In this document: piece by piece, positions 22,501 through 34,188 of the stretch | How the letters are laid out: each line of letters begins with the position of its first letter | Position numbering within the stretch: position 1 is the first letter of the stretch | From: Dipteris shenzhenensis | Taxonomy: Eukaryota | Length of the DNA: 64,000 nt | NCBI GenBank assembly: GCA_047967505.1 | Contig: CM106538.1 | Reading direction: 5' to 3' (one strand) | Made by a program: the position numbers and the translations under genes | Notes under the pieces: generated by a model | Told to the model about the DNA's origin: nothing | Database searches by the model: none | The model's input: the letters and a program-made list of their open reading frames with translations, nothing else

Positions 22501-25020
22501 GCCCTTGCTCCCTTTTCAATTTATCTATGCTTATTGTGTAATTAAGATCTGAGTATTTCGTGCACACTCAAATGAAACGTATGATATTGCACGAAGTACT
22601 ACTAAATAGAATGCTCTTCTTTTTGTTGCCGATAACCTAACAAACTTAGCATGGTATCAGTGAACCTTATGTAGGGTTGGGTTGTTGGTGTTATTTTATA
22701 AAAAACTGTGTGGAGCCTTTGGTAGTAAACTTGTTAGAAACACCATTTATTTTATGGAAAACCTAGTAGCGTTGCATGACAATGAACTGCCTTTTGGAAG
22801 GCTTCTCTGAAGAGAACTTGAATCAGACTACAAAAACTTACAGGGAAGGTGAGTGCGCGTTCTCTAAACATTTATTAGTCATTTTAGTTTCTTACTTTGT
22901 GGCATGGGATGTTCCGATTATGGGAGATGGCAGTGTTGTCTGTTAGAAGCAGGATTGGAAGGTAACAGATTAGCCAAAATTCCGAGGACCTTGAGTAAAA
23001 ATTTCTTACTGGCAATGCTCTGCCACTTGCAGGAAGTGGATGGCCATGATTGCTGATGAAGAGAAAGACCGTTTGACTCCGGTTTGCTGCTGCATGCTGT
23101 GGCTCTTCAAGTTTACTAATCTCTTCAGTAGCTGTAAATTCAGTTATCTACATCCAAAGGAATTTGCATCCCTTAAATAATGTAACACCGGTGTGCTTGG
23201 CTGATCTTGATAGATTGTGGAGGCACTGAGCTCACGGTACTTAGGACCTGATTATTCTCAGGTTGTCTGCATGTAACTTTCAAAGTTTACTGGCAATCTT
23301 AATTGGCTTTATGTACAGTTATCATGTTTTATTCCAGGCTGTATATTCATCATATTAAAAAGTTGTCTGGTTTTAATTAGGCGAAGTCAAAAACAGAAGT
23401 TGCACTTCAGGATATAGACAGCCTTGCTAAAGAATCCTTTCCCCTCTGCATGCGGCATTTATTCTATAAGGCAAGTGGAGCAAGAGCATATCCCTTCATA
23501 CCTTGTAGCTGGTAATATGTTTCTTGTGGCTGTGAACTCAACACAACTTCTTGGCCTTCCCTTTCCTGGTGATAGCTTACATTCAGCGTTTAAGGTTCTG
23601 GGCTCCTTACCTATGTAGCTCTTTGGGTCGCGCACACTCTATTTCAGTCTTAGTTCTGTTTTTGACCAGCCAAAATCAAATGTGTTTTTTTAATGCTTAC
23701 TGAAAGGACCTTTTCTAATGTAGTTGAGAGAAGAACATCATATAAAGCATGGAGGCAGACAGCAACTGGGGCTGTTCCTTAAGGCAATCTTCTTTTCAAC
23801 CTTCTTTGCTTTACCTCTTATTAGTGATTTCTGCTCGCCAAGCATGGGAATAAATGCTCTCTATGGTAAGGAAATGATGGGCTTTATCCTTTCAATTCTA
23901 GGGTGTTGGATTGAAGTTGGATGATGCCTTGGCCTTCTGGCGGTCGGAATTTGCACAGAAGGTTGACGCCTGCAATATTTCTAACCTAAACTTAATCATT
24001 ATCTTCAATAGCTTGCTTGCATGTCAAGGTTTCAACTATTTTCGGCTATTTTCATCCGATTGGTCTGAATGGGCATATTCTTAAATAGGTGGGTGTAGAA
24101 AGATTTGACAAAGAGTATGCCTACAATGTAAGGCACAATTATGGCAAAGAGGGCAAACGAACTGTAAGTTTTTCCGTCCCAGCTAAGGCAAAGTATGCTT
24201 AAATTAAAAAGGAGGTCGTAGTGTACTTGAATGAAAAGGTGTTCTTTTTTCAAAGCTGGAGGTGACTTAATTTTATGCTGCAGGATTATACACCATTTTC
24301 CTGTAACAAAATAATTTTATCAACTCCTGGAGTTGGAGATCATCATGGTTGCCCTTACCGCCACTTCAGGTCTTTCTTTCAACTGGTCTCTGTCTGAACG
24401 CCAAAATGAGAGCTCATTCAGAGAGATTGTTTCATGGGAGGCAACGGATTAAAATTCACTTTACTTTCTCTTATGACAGTGAAGAAAACTTAAGGGCAGC
24501 TCTTGGAAGCTTACGAATTGGTGGAAGGACGTCAGATGACATCATGGACAAAGTTCGCAACCGCCACTATCAGGTATCATCGTATGGCTGCCTCCTACTA
24601 ATTGGTTAATTTCAAGTATTGATGTGTTATTTGGAAGTGATTGTGTACGATGCTCATTCTTGAAGGAAACTCTTATTACAGCTGGCGTGTGCCCTCACAT
24701 TTGAGGCTGTACATGGGTGTCCTCCTGATGTAGGCATCAATCACCCAAACCAGTACTTTGAACAGAGTCAAAAGGTTAAGCAAGCTAAGGTATACTGGCT
24801 TTCTCATTAGATCAGGACCAAGATTGGCAGAAGTAGAAGTGATGTTAGAACTTGCGTATATAGGCCCTGCATGCTCATTTTAAATAGATCTCATATCATT
24901 GGCCTTTTCCCATCCTTCTGACTGGAGTTTACCATTGCTTGCCTGTGGGGAACGCTTGAGTAGGCCACTCCAGCGGCGGGTGGTTCCTCAAATCCTCCAG
25001 TCACTTCCAAACAAGTTTAA
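19243..25020 (+). CDS. PRIM2: DNA primase large subunit (Fe-S), 19 exons, about 481 aa
   Basis: Manually spliced exons: 19243-19426, 19779-19840, 19993-20096, 20200-20281, 20420-20479, 21779-21836, 21971-21990, 22161-22244, 22432-22496, 23033-23081, 23214-23261, 23381-23470, 23724-23783, 23902-23961, 24089-24163, 24284-24369, 24480-24573, 24682-24789, 24964-25020 (last exon least certain). Phases are consistent. Motifs: [79 protein letters not shown]. Confidence 0.96.
19481..19518. repeat. (AG)n microsatellite in primase intron 1
   Basis: Directly visible. Confidence 0.95.
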
Positions 25021-25524
25021 GGAGGTTGAAGGCTCTTTCCGAAGTCCATTCTGATGCAATATGGAGGCCACTATATTCAAATCTTATATCTACATCCAAC
25101 GTGAGGATCAATGGTTCCCTCCAGACCAATGTACAGTCGTATGGAGGCAACATGGAACAGATATGTTACCGCAGCTGCCTATCCCATCAACCTTGCTTCC
25201 CATTTTTGCAAGGAAGGTTGTATGAGGTACATCTTAGATTAAGTTGCAAGTTTCATTCTTGGACTTAGCCTCCCATTTGGGCATAAATGGTTCTAATTTG
25301 TTTTTTCCATAGCCTTTTTTTTTTTTGAACTTTTCCTACCATTTTTTAGCTTTCAAAAACCGCTCATGGTGCCTTTTCTAGTGTATTTATACATGTCTTT
25401 TCCCTCTTCCACCAATTTCTCTTCAGGAAAAGGTCCCGCTTCTCCAAAGGAAGAAGAGGGGCCAGCAGCCCGGCCCTCTTCCTTAGGCTGCGGGCTAGCT
25501 TTAGAGGAAGGGCCCCTTGCTTCC

Positions 25525-25621
25525 GTCGGACCCGATCAGGGATCCTCCCCGCCCTCCCGAAGGGCCCTCCGTTTTCGTCGGACCCGCTCCGGGATCCTCT
25601 CCGCCTCCCGAAGGGCCCTCC
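25525..25621. repeat. GC-rich direct duplication of about 50 bp (tcggacccg...cccgaagggccctcc), probably TE-derived
   Basis: Two near-identical adjacent copies. Confidence 0.7.
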
Positions 25622-28600
25622 ATGCTTGGTTCCAATTTTTAAGTGAGCTTAATTTTTTGCGTTTTGGTTAGGCCTTGTGAGATTCGTTTTGTGGCTTGTT
25701 GTTTCTAGCTTGTCTTCATATCTACCTTATTGAACCATGATTGTTTTCTTGAGTCAAGCTTATGATTTTGAGTGCATAGCCATCATTTGCCACCCACAAC
25801 ACCACCTTCGCCTTAGATCATCATTAACATTTAAATCATGGATCTCATTTGAGAATGCTATGGTGCAAGTAGCCATGCTTTGAGGGTTGCATGTGCACCA
25901 ATCCTATGTTTTACTACAACACACAATGCTTGACATAAACCTCTTGATGTAAACCTTTGATGTCCCATTTGCTATGATTGGATTCTTCCTATTATCCACA
26001 CGATTTGTGATTTCCATAAAAGATGCCTCCAATTCCAAACCTTGGCTCATCAAGTCCAACTACCATTTCTTGGATCATCATTGAGGAAGACATTGTCTCA
26101 TCCATCAATGCCTTATCGATGTCTTTCAGTCAATTTGAGTCCTTTAGCAATTTGATTCTTTTGTTGTTATCTACATACACCCATGGCAACTCTAAAGAAA
26201 ACAAGTATGCGAGCCATTTGCATAACATAACTATGGTCCTAAACATCAAAGATGGGGTGGATCTTGTTTTTTTTTGGTTATAAATCAATCTAAATGAAAT
26301 TCAAGATAATTCCCATATGTTAGACTACGAAACTATATCAAATTGCCAAAGAATGCATATTTACAATATAGCATACATGAGATTGTCGAATTTTCATATA
26401 TATAGTATAGCGTCAAGTGTGTGCTTAAAAAAGGAGGTGGTGTTATGTTGCTTAGTGCGCCAAATGTTTTTCAATTTTGTTTGAAATCCATCAAGGTCTC
26501 TCTTTTAGGATACACCTAAAGGGTGACATAAATGATTGAACACACCCTTGTTTTCACAACACAAGATATTTAGATAACCGATCTTAAAGAGGTTGATCTT
26601 CTCCAAATGTGTAACTTAGCGCACAAAAACAAGTCCAATGTAGTTAAATTACGTGAATTTTACACATAGGACATTTAAAATCAACATCCAAACATGTGCA
26701 TGTATGGATTTAGGTTGAATAGTAACTCTTCTTGGGAGTGTATGCTCCCAAGGCGGATACTCTTCAAACATGTATAACACATATGAGTCCATTGCAGTTT
26801 CATTATGTCAATCCAATATATATTCATGCACCAAAACATTACTAAGCTAAGCTCTCAGCATTCTCAAAATCCTAAAATACCATTCCATTGAAAAACCCAA
26901 CAAAATACACCATTGGACACTGTCATAGTTGTTATCAAAGTCCATGCTAATAAGCACAAAAGGCTCTTTTCACAATAAGGCATAGTCCATACATTTATAA
27001 TAGTTTGCTAGGGTAGCCTATTCTCGGTCCCCAAATAAGGATTTACATGGTTTGATTGTTAATGTAAATTCATTAAAACCATTTTTCAACATCAAAAATT
27101 GAGAAAAAATAATAAGACAATCTCCAATTTTAATTGCCTAGATTGGTCATTTGATCACCCCATAGCAAACCTAATATATTGTGTAGGTAGAGCCTTATAC
27201 TAGATGCAAATTCAATCATAAGGATCAAATTTTTGTGTAGTGTCAAGATAATTTAATCGTTGGGATCGGATTAGTTTAAGGTTACACACTAATCCAGTCA
27301 CTTCATGAAAACTTAACCCCTAGGTTCAAATTTCCATGGATCATTTTCTTAGGGATCATATTTGCAAGAGACTTCATGTGAATCCAAACCTTGGGATCAA
27401 ATTTCCTCGAAGCCTCTTGGAAATCAAATCCTAGGGGTTGGATTTGCTATAAATCTCTAGCAAACTTGATGGTTGCTCGTCCTTTCTTAAAAAATCATTC
27501 CTCCTATTTGGATTTATGTTGACATCAACAAAAATATGATCCAGGGGATCGGATTTGTCTGTGGGGTAATTTCATGTCCAAATTTTTTATTTTTCCTTAA
27601 TGAATTTTTCCTTTTTCTCCCCAATTTTTAAAATATTATTGTGTAAAAAGACATTTTCTTATAGCTAGGAAAAGCCTTTTTGTTATGTTCTTTGTTGTTT
27701 ATCTTACCTTTTACAAATGGAATTTGAGGGTTTTTTAAATACAAATGGATTCCTTTTTCCTATACTAAATGATCACTATTTTGTGTATGCAAGCCTATAA
27801 AGCTCGAAATTGCATAAGAAGGGGAGTGCTTCTAAGACTGATCCTCTTTTGTCATCTCCTAAAATCACCCCTAAGCCACCTAAGAAGAGCAGAGTTCCCA
27901 TCAAAGTCAAGTAAGAAGGTTCTTGTATTCGGTGGACAACAAAGAGGTTTCATTAATCCTCTATTGCCTTCTCTTAGGATCTTAGCGATAGAGTAGGTCC
28001 TAGTTGAGGAACCCCATGCCCCAATTGGAATCATATAGCCAAGCTATTTACAAGATTCCTTCAAGGAAAAAAGAGCGGTGAATATTATTTAGCATAAGGC
28101 TTTATGAAAGCACTTGTTGTAACATGTCATCTAGTAGCTCTATAATCCTTTTGCTAGATAGCCTCCTAGTTTGCAAGCTCTATCTGCACTTACAAAGATA
28201 ATGATAGAATTGACATCATCCATTTTAGTGTAGTTTGCAGAAAAGTCTTCAAGGAAAAATTTTAATGGATCCTCAACACAATTAGATACTAATGATTTGA
28301 TGGCATGGCCTTTATATGGGTACATTAAAGTAAGCACAAGAATGGTTTCTCTCTAAAGTCTACTAAATTTATCAAGTATGGAAGCAAGTGAATTGACAAC
28401 TCCTCATCATTCGGACCTCCTTCATAGGAAAAGGAGTGTGCAAGTCCCAATTAGATTCGGTATTGCCTTTTACAGGTGTGTCATTCATCAACACTAATGC
28501 ATGGGATCAAATTCAATGCCATAGAAGGAGATGACTTGAAGGGATTTAGCTAACACATGTCCTCTGTTCATGTATATGGTGGATTCCTTCATTATATGCC

Positions 28601-29778
28601 ATTCATCCTATGAAAGTTTGAACTTAGGGCTCTTCATTCTTGAAGGTCATGGTACTACACATAGTTACCTCAAAGCTGGTCCATAAAGCTTTCAAGAATA
28701 CCATCAAACTAGGCTAAAAAGAGTTAATATGGTAGCCCAATTTGTGAATGTCACCCCCTTGTGTCATTTTAGGAGTATTCTTCCACCACGTCTTCACCAA
28801 GATGTTGTTCATACCAAATATAAGTAACTTCTTTCAAGGCATGACATTTTGAGTATCACCTATAAGTAACAATGACGTACACACAAATCTCAATACATGA
28901 GTAAGTATTAGAAAACAATAAGAGGAGACTGTAGATAAAATTATTTTTACATTTCGTGTCATTCAAAAAATAGAAGACCAACAAAAGTATAATATTCTCA
29001 CTTCATAGAGGATCTAGTCTTATGATTTGGGGTTGGACATTTACTAGGCTCATTGACAAGATCCTTAGAATTCTTTTGGAGATGAAGGTTTCTTTTCTTC
29101 AAACCAACTAAGAGGGATACCAAGTACAGTGTCTTCCAACACAATAATAGCCCGGGAATAGATGGTACCCCTAGAGTATGTAGACAAGAATATCTTGTTT
29201 TATTTGGTAAGGGGATCCATTTTGATAGCTAAGGAGGGAAATTTCAAGTGTTGTGGTACATTGAGAGCTTTAACATACAATGAGGATGATGCTTCCTCTA
29301 TTATTTCTCTGTGTCCAAGCCAAATTCTCCTAAAAATTAGATCATTATTATATATGTAAATTGTGATTTTGACATGATAAAGCCTTTAAACCTCAAGGTA
29401 GAGATATAGAAGTCCATTAGTACTAATTTAAATTTATTGCCAAGTTTATGACTAGTTATATCTATAGGATGTCTCGAAGGAATCAGAAGTTCAAAAATAT
29501 CCTAAGATTGCAAAGAGATGAGAAAGCTTGGTAGCGGAGATGGCTCAATGAAGGGGACACTAGAGGAAAGCATGGAGGGCTCAAAGAAATAAGTACCGCA
29601 TGTGGAAGCTGGCTCCTCCCCTTCTTCAAGTGACCTTGAGGGTGTGGATGTTGAGACTCTAGGTATTTTATCGACCTTTGAGATGGTGATCTCTTAGCAA
29701 AATGTTTTGAGAGACAAGATTCACCTTAAAAAGCTTGTGGATGTCAAAACTTTTGAGCACTTATTTGAGCTGTAAGTG

Positions 29779-31990
29779 AAAAGACTTCATAGGTCCCTTA
29801 TTGATTTAGCTCCTCGGATGAGACCCCTAAAAGTGAGGGATCCACATTGCTCGCATGTTCCAATTTGAGGGTCAATTTGAAAATCAATCCCTTTGCTAAT
29901 GTGGTCCCAGTTCTGGTTATGGTTGATCCATCTATTTGCCTAGATAAGGGGAGTTTGATATTGCAAAGACCAACTCCTATGACTATTTTGTCATAGGACG
30001 ATGTCACAGGGCATCTTTGATATTACAAAGAAGAACTCCTACGATTATGTTTTCATAGGAGGATGTCATAGTGTAGAGGCAAGAAGGCAACTGTGCAGAA
30101 AGTATCTTGACTTTGTGCACTTCAAGATAGCTCCATGTAAGATTTATGAAGGCCTCACAAAAGAAGAAGCTACCCTCTTAGCCTAGGATCTTAGCCTAGG
30201 ATCATACTAATGAGAACAATTGCCAGCAAGGAATGTCCACTATTCAAAAGATTATATTTTTTCAAAAAGAATATTTAGGAGTATTGAGATGAAGTTACAT
30301 TGGCATTTAGGATCTAGTTTTGTAGAGAGACTAGATTGGTTTTTTATGAAACTAAGAGCTCAATTACCTTAAGAAGGTATGATCAATTCTTCTAGCTTGC
30401 ATTTAGATCAAGACCAATCTAGGATCTTTGAGAGGAAAATTTTTCAATTTGGGAAAGAGGTGAAGTCAAGCGTTGAAAACAACTCAAGGCACATGATAAT
30501 TCAAACATCCTTTTGAAAGGGACGAGAAAAAAATTAGATGTGGCCTTGAAGACATTGTCCGATGAGATGGATCACTTTTTGGAGGTCTAAGTAAGGGATT
30601 AAGGATGAAAAGTTCATACTCTCTACCTTGTCTTGGGTTAAAGCAAGAGAACTGAGCTTGGAAGAGATGTCCCAGTCTTTTGAAGAGTAAGTCTTGTTCC
30701 CTCACTATTAAATAATTTATATTTTGTGTACATTTTTTTTAAATGTATAAGATGTATAGAAGTAGTTCTATGTGTTCTTTTCTTTACAACCATAAAACAA
30801 AGATGAGAATGCAAGAACAAATGATGGTTATGCTCAATGTATAGACATGGGATCATATTGTTGTAGAGTATCCCATTTCTGGTGCATATTAGTCTTTGAA
30901 GCCATCTTTCATTGCATTCAAAATATTTTAAGTGTATTATCAAATTTTGTGTTTGAGAACATTATAAAAATTTAAAATAAATCTATTCTAATATGTGTAT
31001 TATTTTTTATGCAAGAAACAAGAGCAAAATCAACCACCCTAGAGTTCCCTGAAAAATTTAAGCTCATATTGAGAGTATTAGGCTAGAGAAGGAGAGAAGA
31101 GAGGGGCTATAGATTACACATAGTGATGATAAGAGATTTACCCTATCTCAAATCCTCTTAGGGTGAACTACTATGATATTTATTACTGTGATATGAGGGA
31201 TTTCCCTGCCAATATCCCCCAAAAGATTATAAGCTATCAAGATTTGGTATTCCTTACAACTTTAGATTGAAAGGGAGCGTTAATTATATTTCCATAGGTT
31301 ATAAAAAAGATACCATGGTGTCTACCTTCAAAGCACACAACCTGGCACTTGATTAAACATTTGTAATGTTTCACTCCATTGCCTAAGCTGCTTCTATGAT
31401 GAGAGTGTTGATGGACCACAGCCATGCATTGGAAAGCATGATATGGTAAGTTAATAGTAACTTTTCCTCTCATCTTAAATGTATGTTGGATGTTGTATTG
31501 ACACCTTTAGATATATTCTAATCTTTATTTTTATTAATTTGTTATAGGTAAAGACGATGATGCATGTCAAGTACTTATTGTTAGTGGAGAAGGCCAAAAT
31601 AGTTATGCATTATAATAGAAGAAATGTAAATAATGTTAGTAGAGAAGGCCAAAATATTTATGCGTGTCAAGTTTTTATTGTTAGTGGAGAAGGCCAAAAT
31701 AGTTATGCATTGTAATAGAAGAAATGTTAATAATGTTTTAAATTTTCCAGCATAGTGACATAGAAGCTTCATTTGATATGGAAAAAGTAATAATAAATTA
31801 ATAATTTTCATATCGAATGCCACATCGTCTTATCAATGAGTTGTTGGATCTTTTCACTCTTGAGGATGATTGGGTCGATGATTTTTTGCTAGGATGGAGA
31901 CAATCACAATCTACGCTTTATAGAAAGATCGACATTTGAAAAAGATCCTATGCAATCATCCTACATCAGGTATATGTTATCGATGGCCTA
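29779..31990 (+). pseudogene. Decayed ParB/Srx-like domain plus beta-class DNA N6-adenine/N4-cytosine methyltransferase, with introns
   Basis: Translation across frameshifts gives a ParB-like part VRDPHCSHV/NLRVNLKINPFANVVPVLVMVDP...YDYVFIGGCHSVEARRQL...KIYEGLTKEEATLLA*DH. The MTase part reads DIYYCDMRDFPANIP/KDYKLSRFGIPYNF (motif IV, GIPY at 31246-31257), FVMFHS...MIW, then YRMPHRLINELLDLFTLEDDWVDD/FARMETITIYAL*KDRH/FEKD (motif I region, 31811-31946). GT donors at about 30687 and 31446. Confidence 0.65.
31565..31735. repeat. Three imperfect copies of ttagtggagaaggccaaaatagttatgc within the methyltransferase relic
   Basis: Directly visible. Confidence 0.8.
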
Positions 31991-34188
31991 CCAGATGCTA
32001 GTGAGGAGGTGGGAGTGAAGCTCAACTCATATAATGATTAGATATAACTAGCTTCTGGAGAGCCCTAGCCTACTTATAAAGATGAGGAATCAAAGTTTGT
32101 AGAGCTGGAAGAGTCCATAGTGCCACAAAGTAGCTAGTCCCCCCCTAAAATGAAGATAAGCTTTCTGAAGGTTAGTAACTTCTAAATATTTAGAGTTGCA
32201 TATGCTCTTATCTCTGATGTGTTCACTTTATATACATTTGAACAATATGTGTTCCCCTTTCTTTCTTTCATGTGTCATTATAATTAATTTTTAATAATAC
32301 TTGATTTTTTTAATTTATTCCTAATAATACAGAATTTGAGTGTTTATTATTAATATATGAAGTGAGTCAACTTTAATTTATTTTAATCTATACTTCTAAA
32401 TTTTGAAATTAATAAAATAGAAGAACTTTTATCCATTGATATCTTTGTACTTTCATATCATGTTGTTATATTCATTTTTGCAAATTAATAGTTGCTTAAG
32501 TAGGAGGTTTCTTATTTAAAAAGTGTAACTTGGTTTGATATATCAACGTTTAGAACTCAAAATTAATACATGTAATTGAGTGAAGGTTAAGTTATTAATT
32601 TTATAGAGTTCATGATATAACATTTTAATTTATAACCTTTATTTCAAAATGAAAATGTCAGTGAGTATACGACATGCCAACACGTGTATATATAATTTTT
32701 ATTTTTTTTTGTTTTAAAAAATAAATTTGGTTTTTCTCATGATATTCATAATTGAAACAAAAAGGAGTATGTGATCAATGCAAATACATGATATTTCCAC
32801 CTATAGAAGCTTACTTTGATGAGGGAAAATAGATGAAAGTAATGAGCTATAAATATAATGAATGTCAATGTAGGGACATTGAGTGCCTCACTTTGAAACT
32901 ATCTATATATTGGCTCTTACCTTAGCTGCCAACCTTCTATATTCATTGAAGTGTTTTTCCTAGCTTGTATAGTAGGTCATGAATTCCATGAAAAAAAACA
33001 TTCTCAAGTAAAGAACTACCATGTACTTACAATCATAAATATTAATTTATAGCTAACAAATATGCATCTCACATTACATTTTATCAAAATTCATGGTCTT
33101 GAAATCATAAAAGATTTTAAAATTATTTATTTCTTTTTAAAGATCTAATGTATAAAAGCATGGTATTTTTAATATGAGGATGTGTAAAATAATCTCATGA
33201 AAATATTTTTCATAAAATTGCTATCTTTTTTCATAGATAGGTACAAATTTTAAAATTTAGGCAAGATTTTGTATTACTTCATGGGAAAATTAAAAGTGGG
33301 TAATCACAGCAATTTTCACTTGATACACAATAGTGTTATGGATCGACGGTCAAGACCTTGAAATCATATAAATGAGATTGATGCATACATCTCACAAATG
33401 AATGATTTGGTAGAACGCATGAGTATTCATTATGAAAGAAGCTTCACTGTATGGTAAAGTGAAAACAAATCTACACATATAGGCCATTGTGCAATCTATT
33501 TGACTCGAGCACTCTGCACAAATGCAAATACAAATTTTAATCTCCTATCCTTTTTTAGACTAAGCCTACCTTATATCCTCTCATGCAGATATGTATCTAC
33601 TTTCACCCATCTCTTAACCATTGTGTCATAGTTTCATATCATGCTGAGATATTACTCTTATGGCAAGCACATATGGATATTCTAAAAATAATTGACATAG
33701 ACCTATCATACTATCTTTTAAAGTATGTTATGAAAACTTAGCCCATGCAACATGTGAAATTGAACCCAACAAAAAAAGGCTTCTCAGACTAGATAATCTA
33801 GAATCGTTATAATTGAAAATGATTGCCATTCAAATTCTTACTTCTTGGAATTTGAGGGCTTGTACATCAACTAAAAGAAGACGTAATACCTCTCAATATT
33901 GATCATTATTGCAAGGTGCACATGCTAGTTGATCAAAATTGACACCAGCTAATAGATAAGATTCTCCAAAAGAGCCCCTTAGATGTACTTGAGAATGCTT
34001 GCATGGAATCAACAAACCCGATGAAGATTTCCAGCATGCCTAGCACCTAAATTACTCGAATTAAAATTCTTCAAATGATGGGAAAATTTCAAGGACTTAA
34101 AATTGCTACTTTATCATTTCACCAACAGCAAGAAGTTTATAACAAGGGTAATAGATCATTTTTTAAGATCAATTACATCACTTATAAT

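Noticed and set aside
29779-31990. Bacterial contamination or an active methyltransferase gene
   Set aside because: It contains introns, stops and frameshifts, and is embedded in plant TE-rich DNA. This copy cannot encode a functional enzyme.
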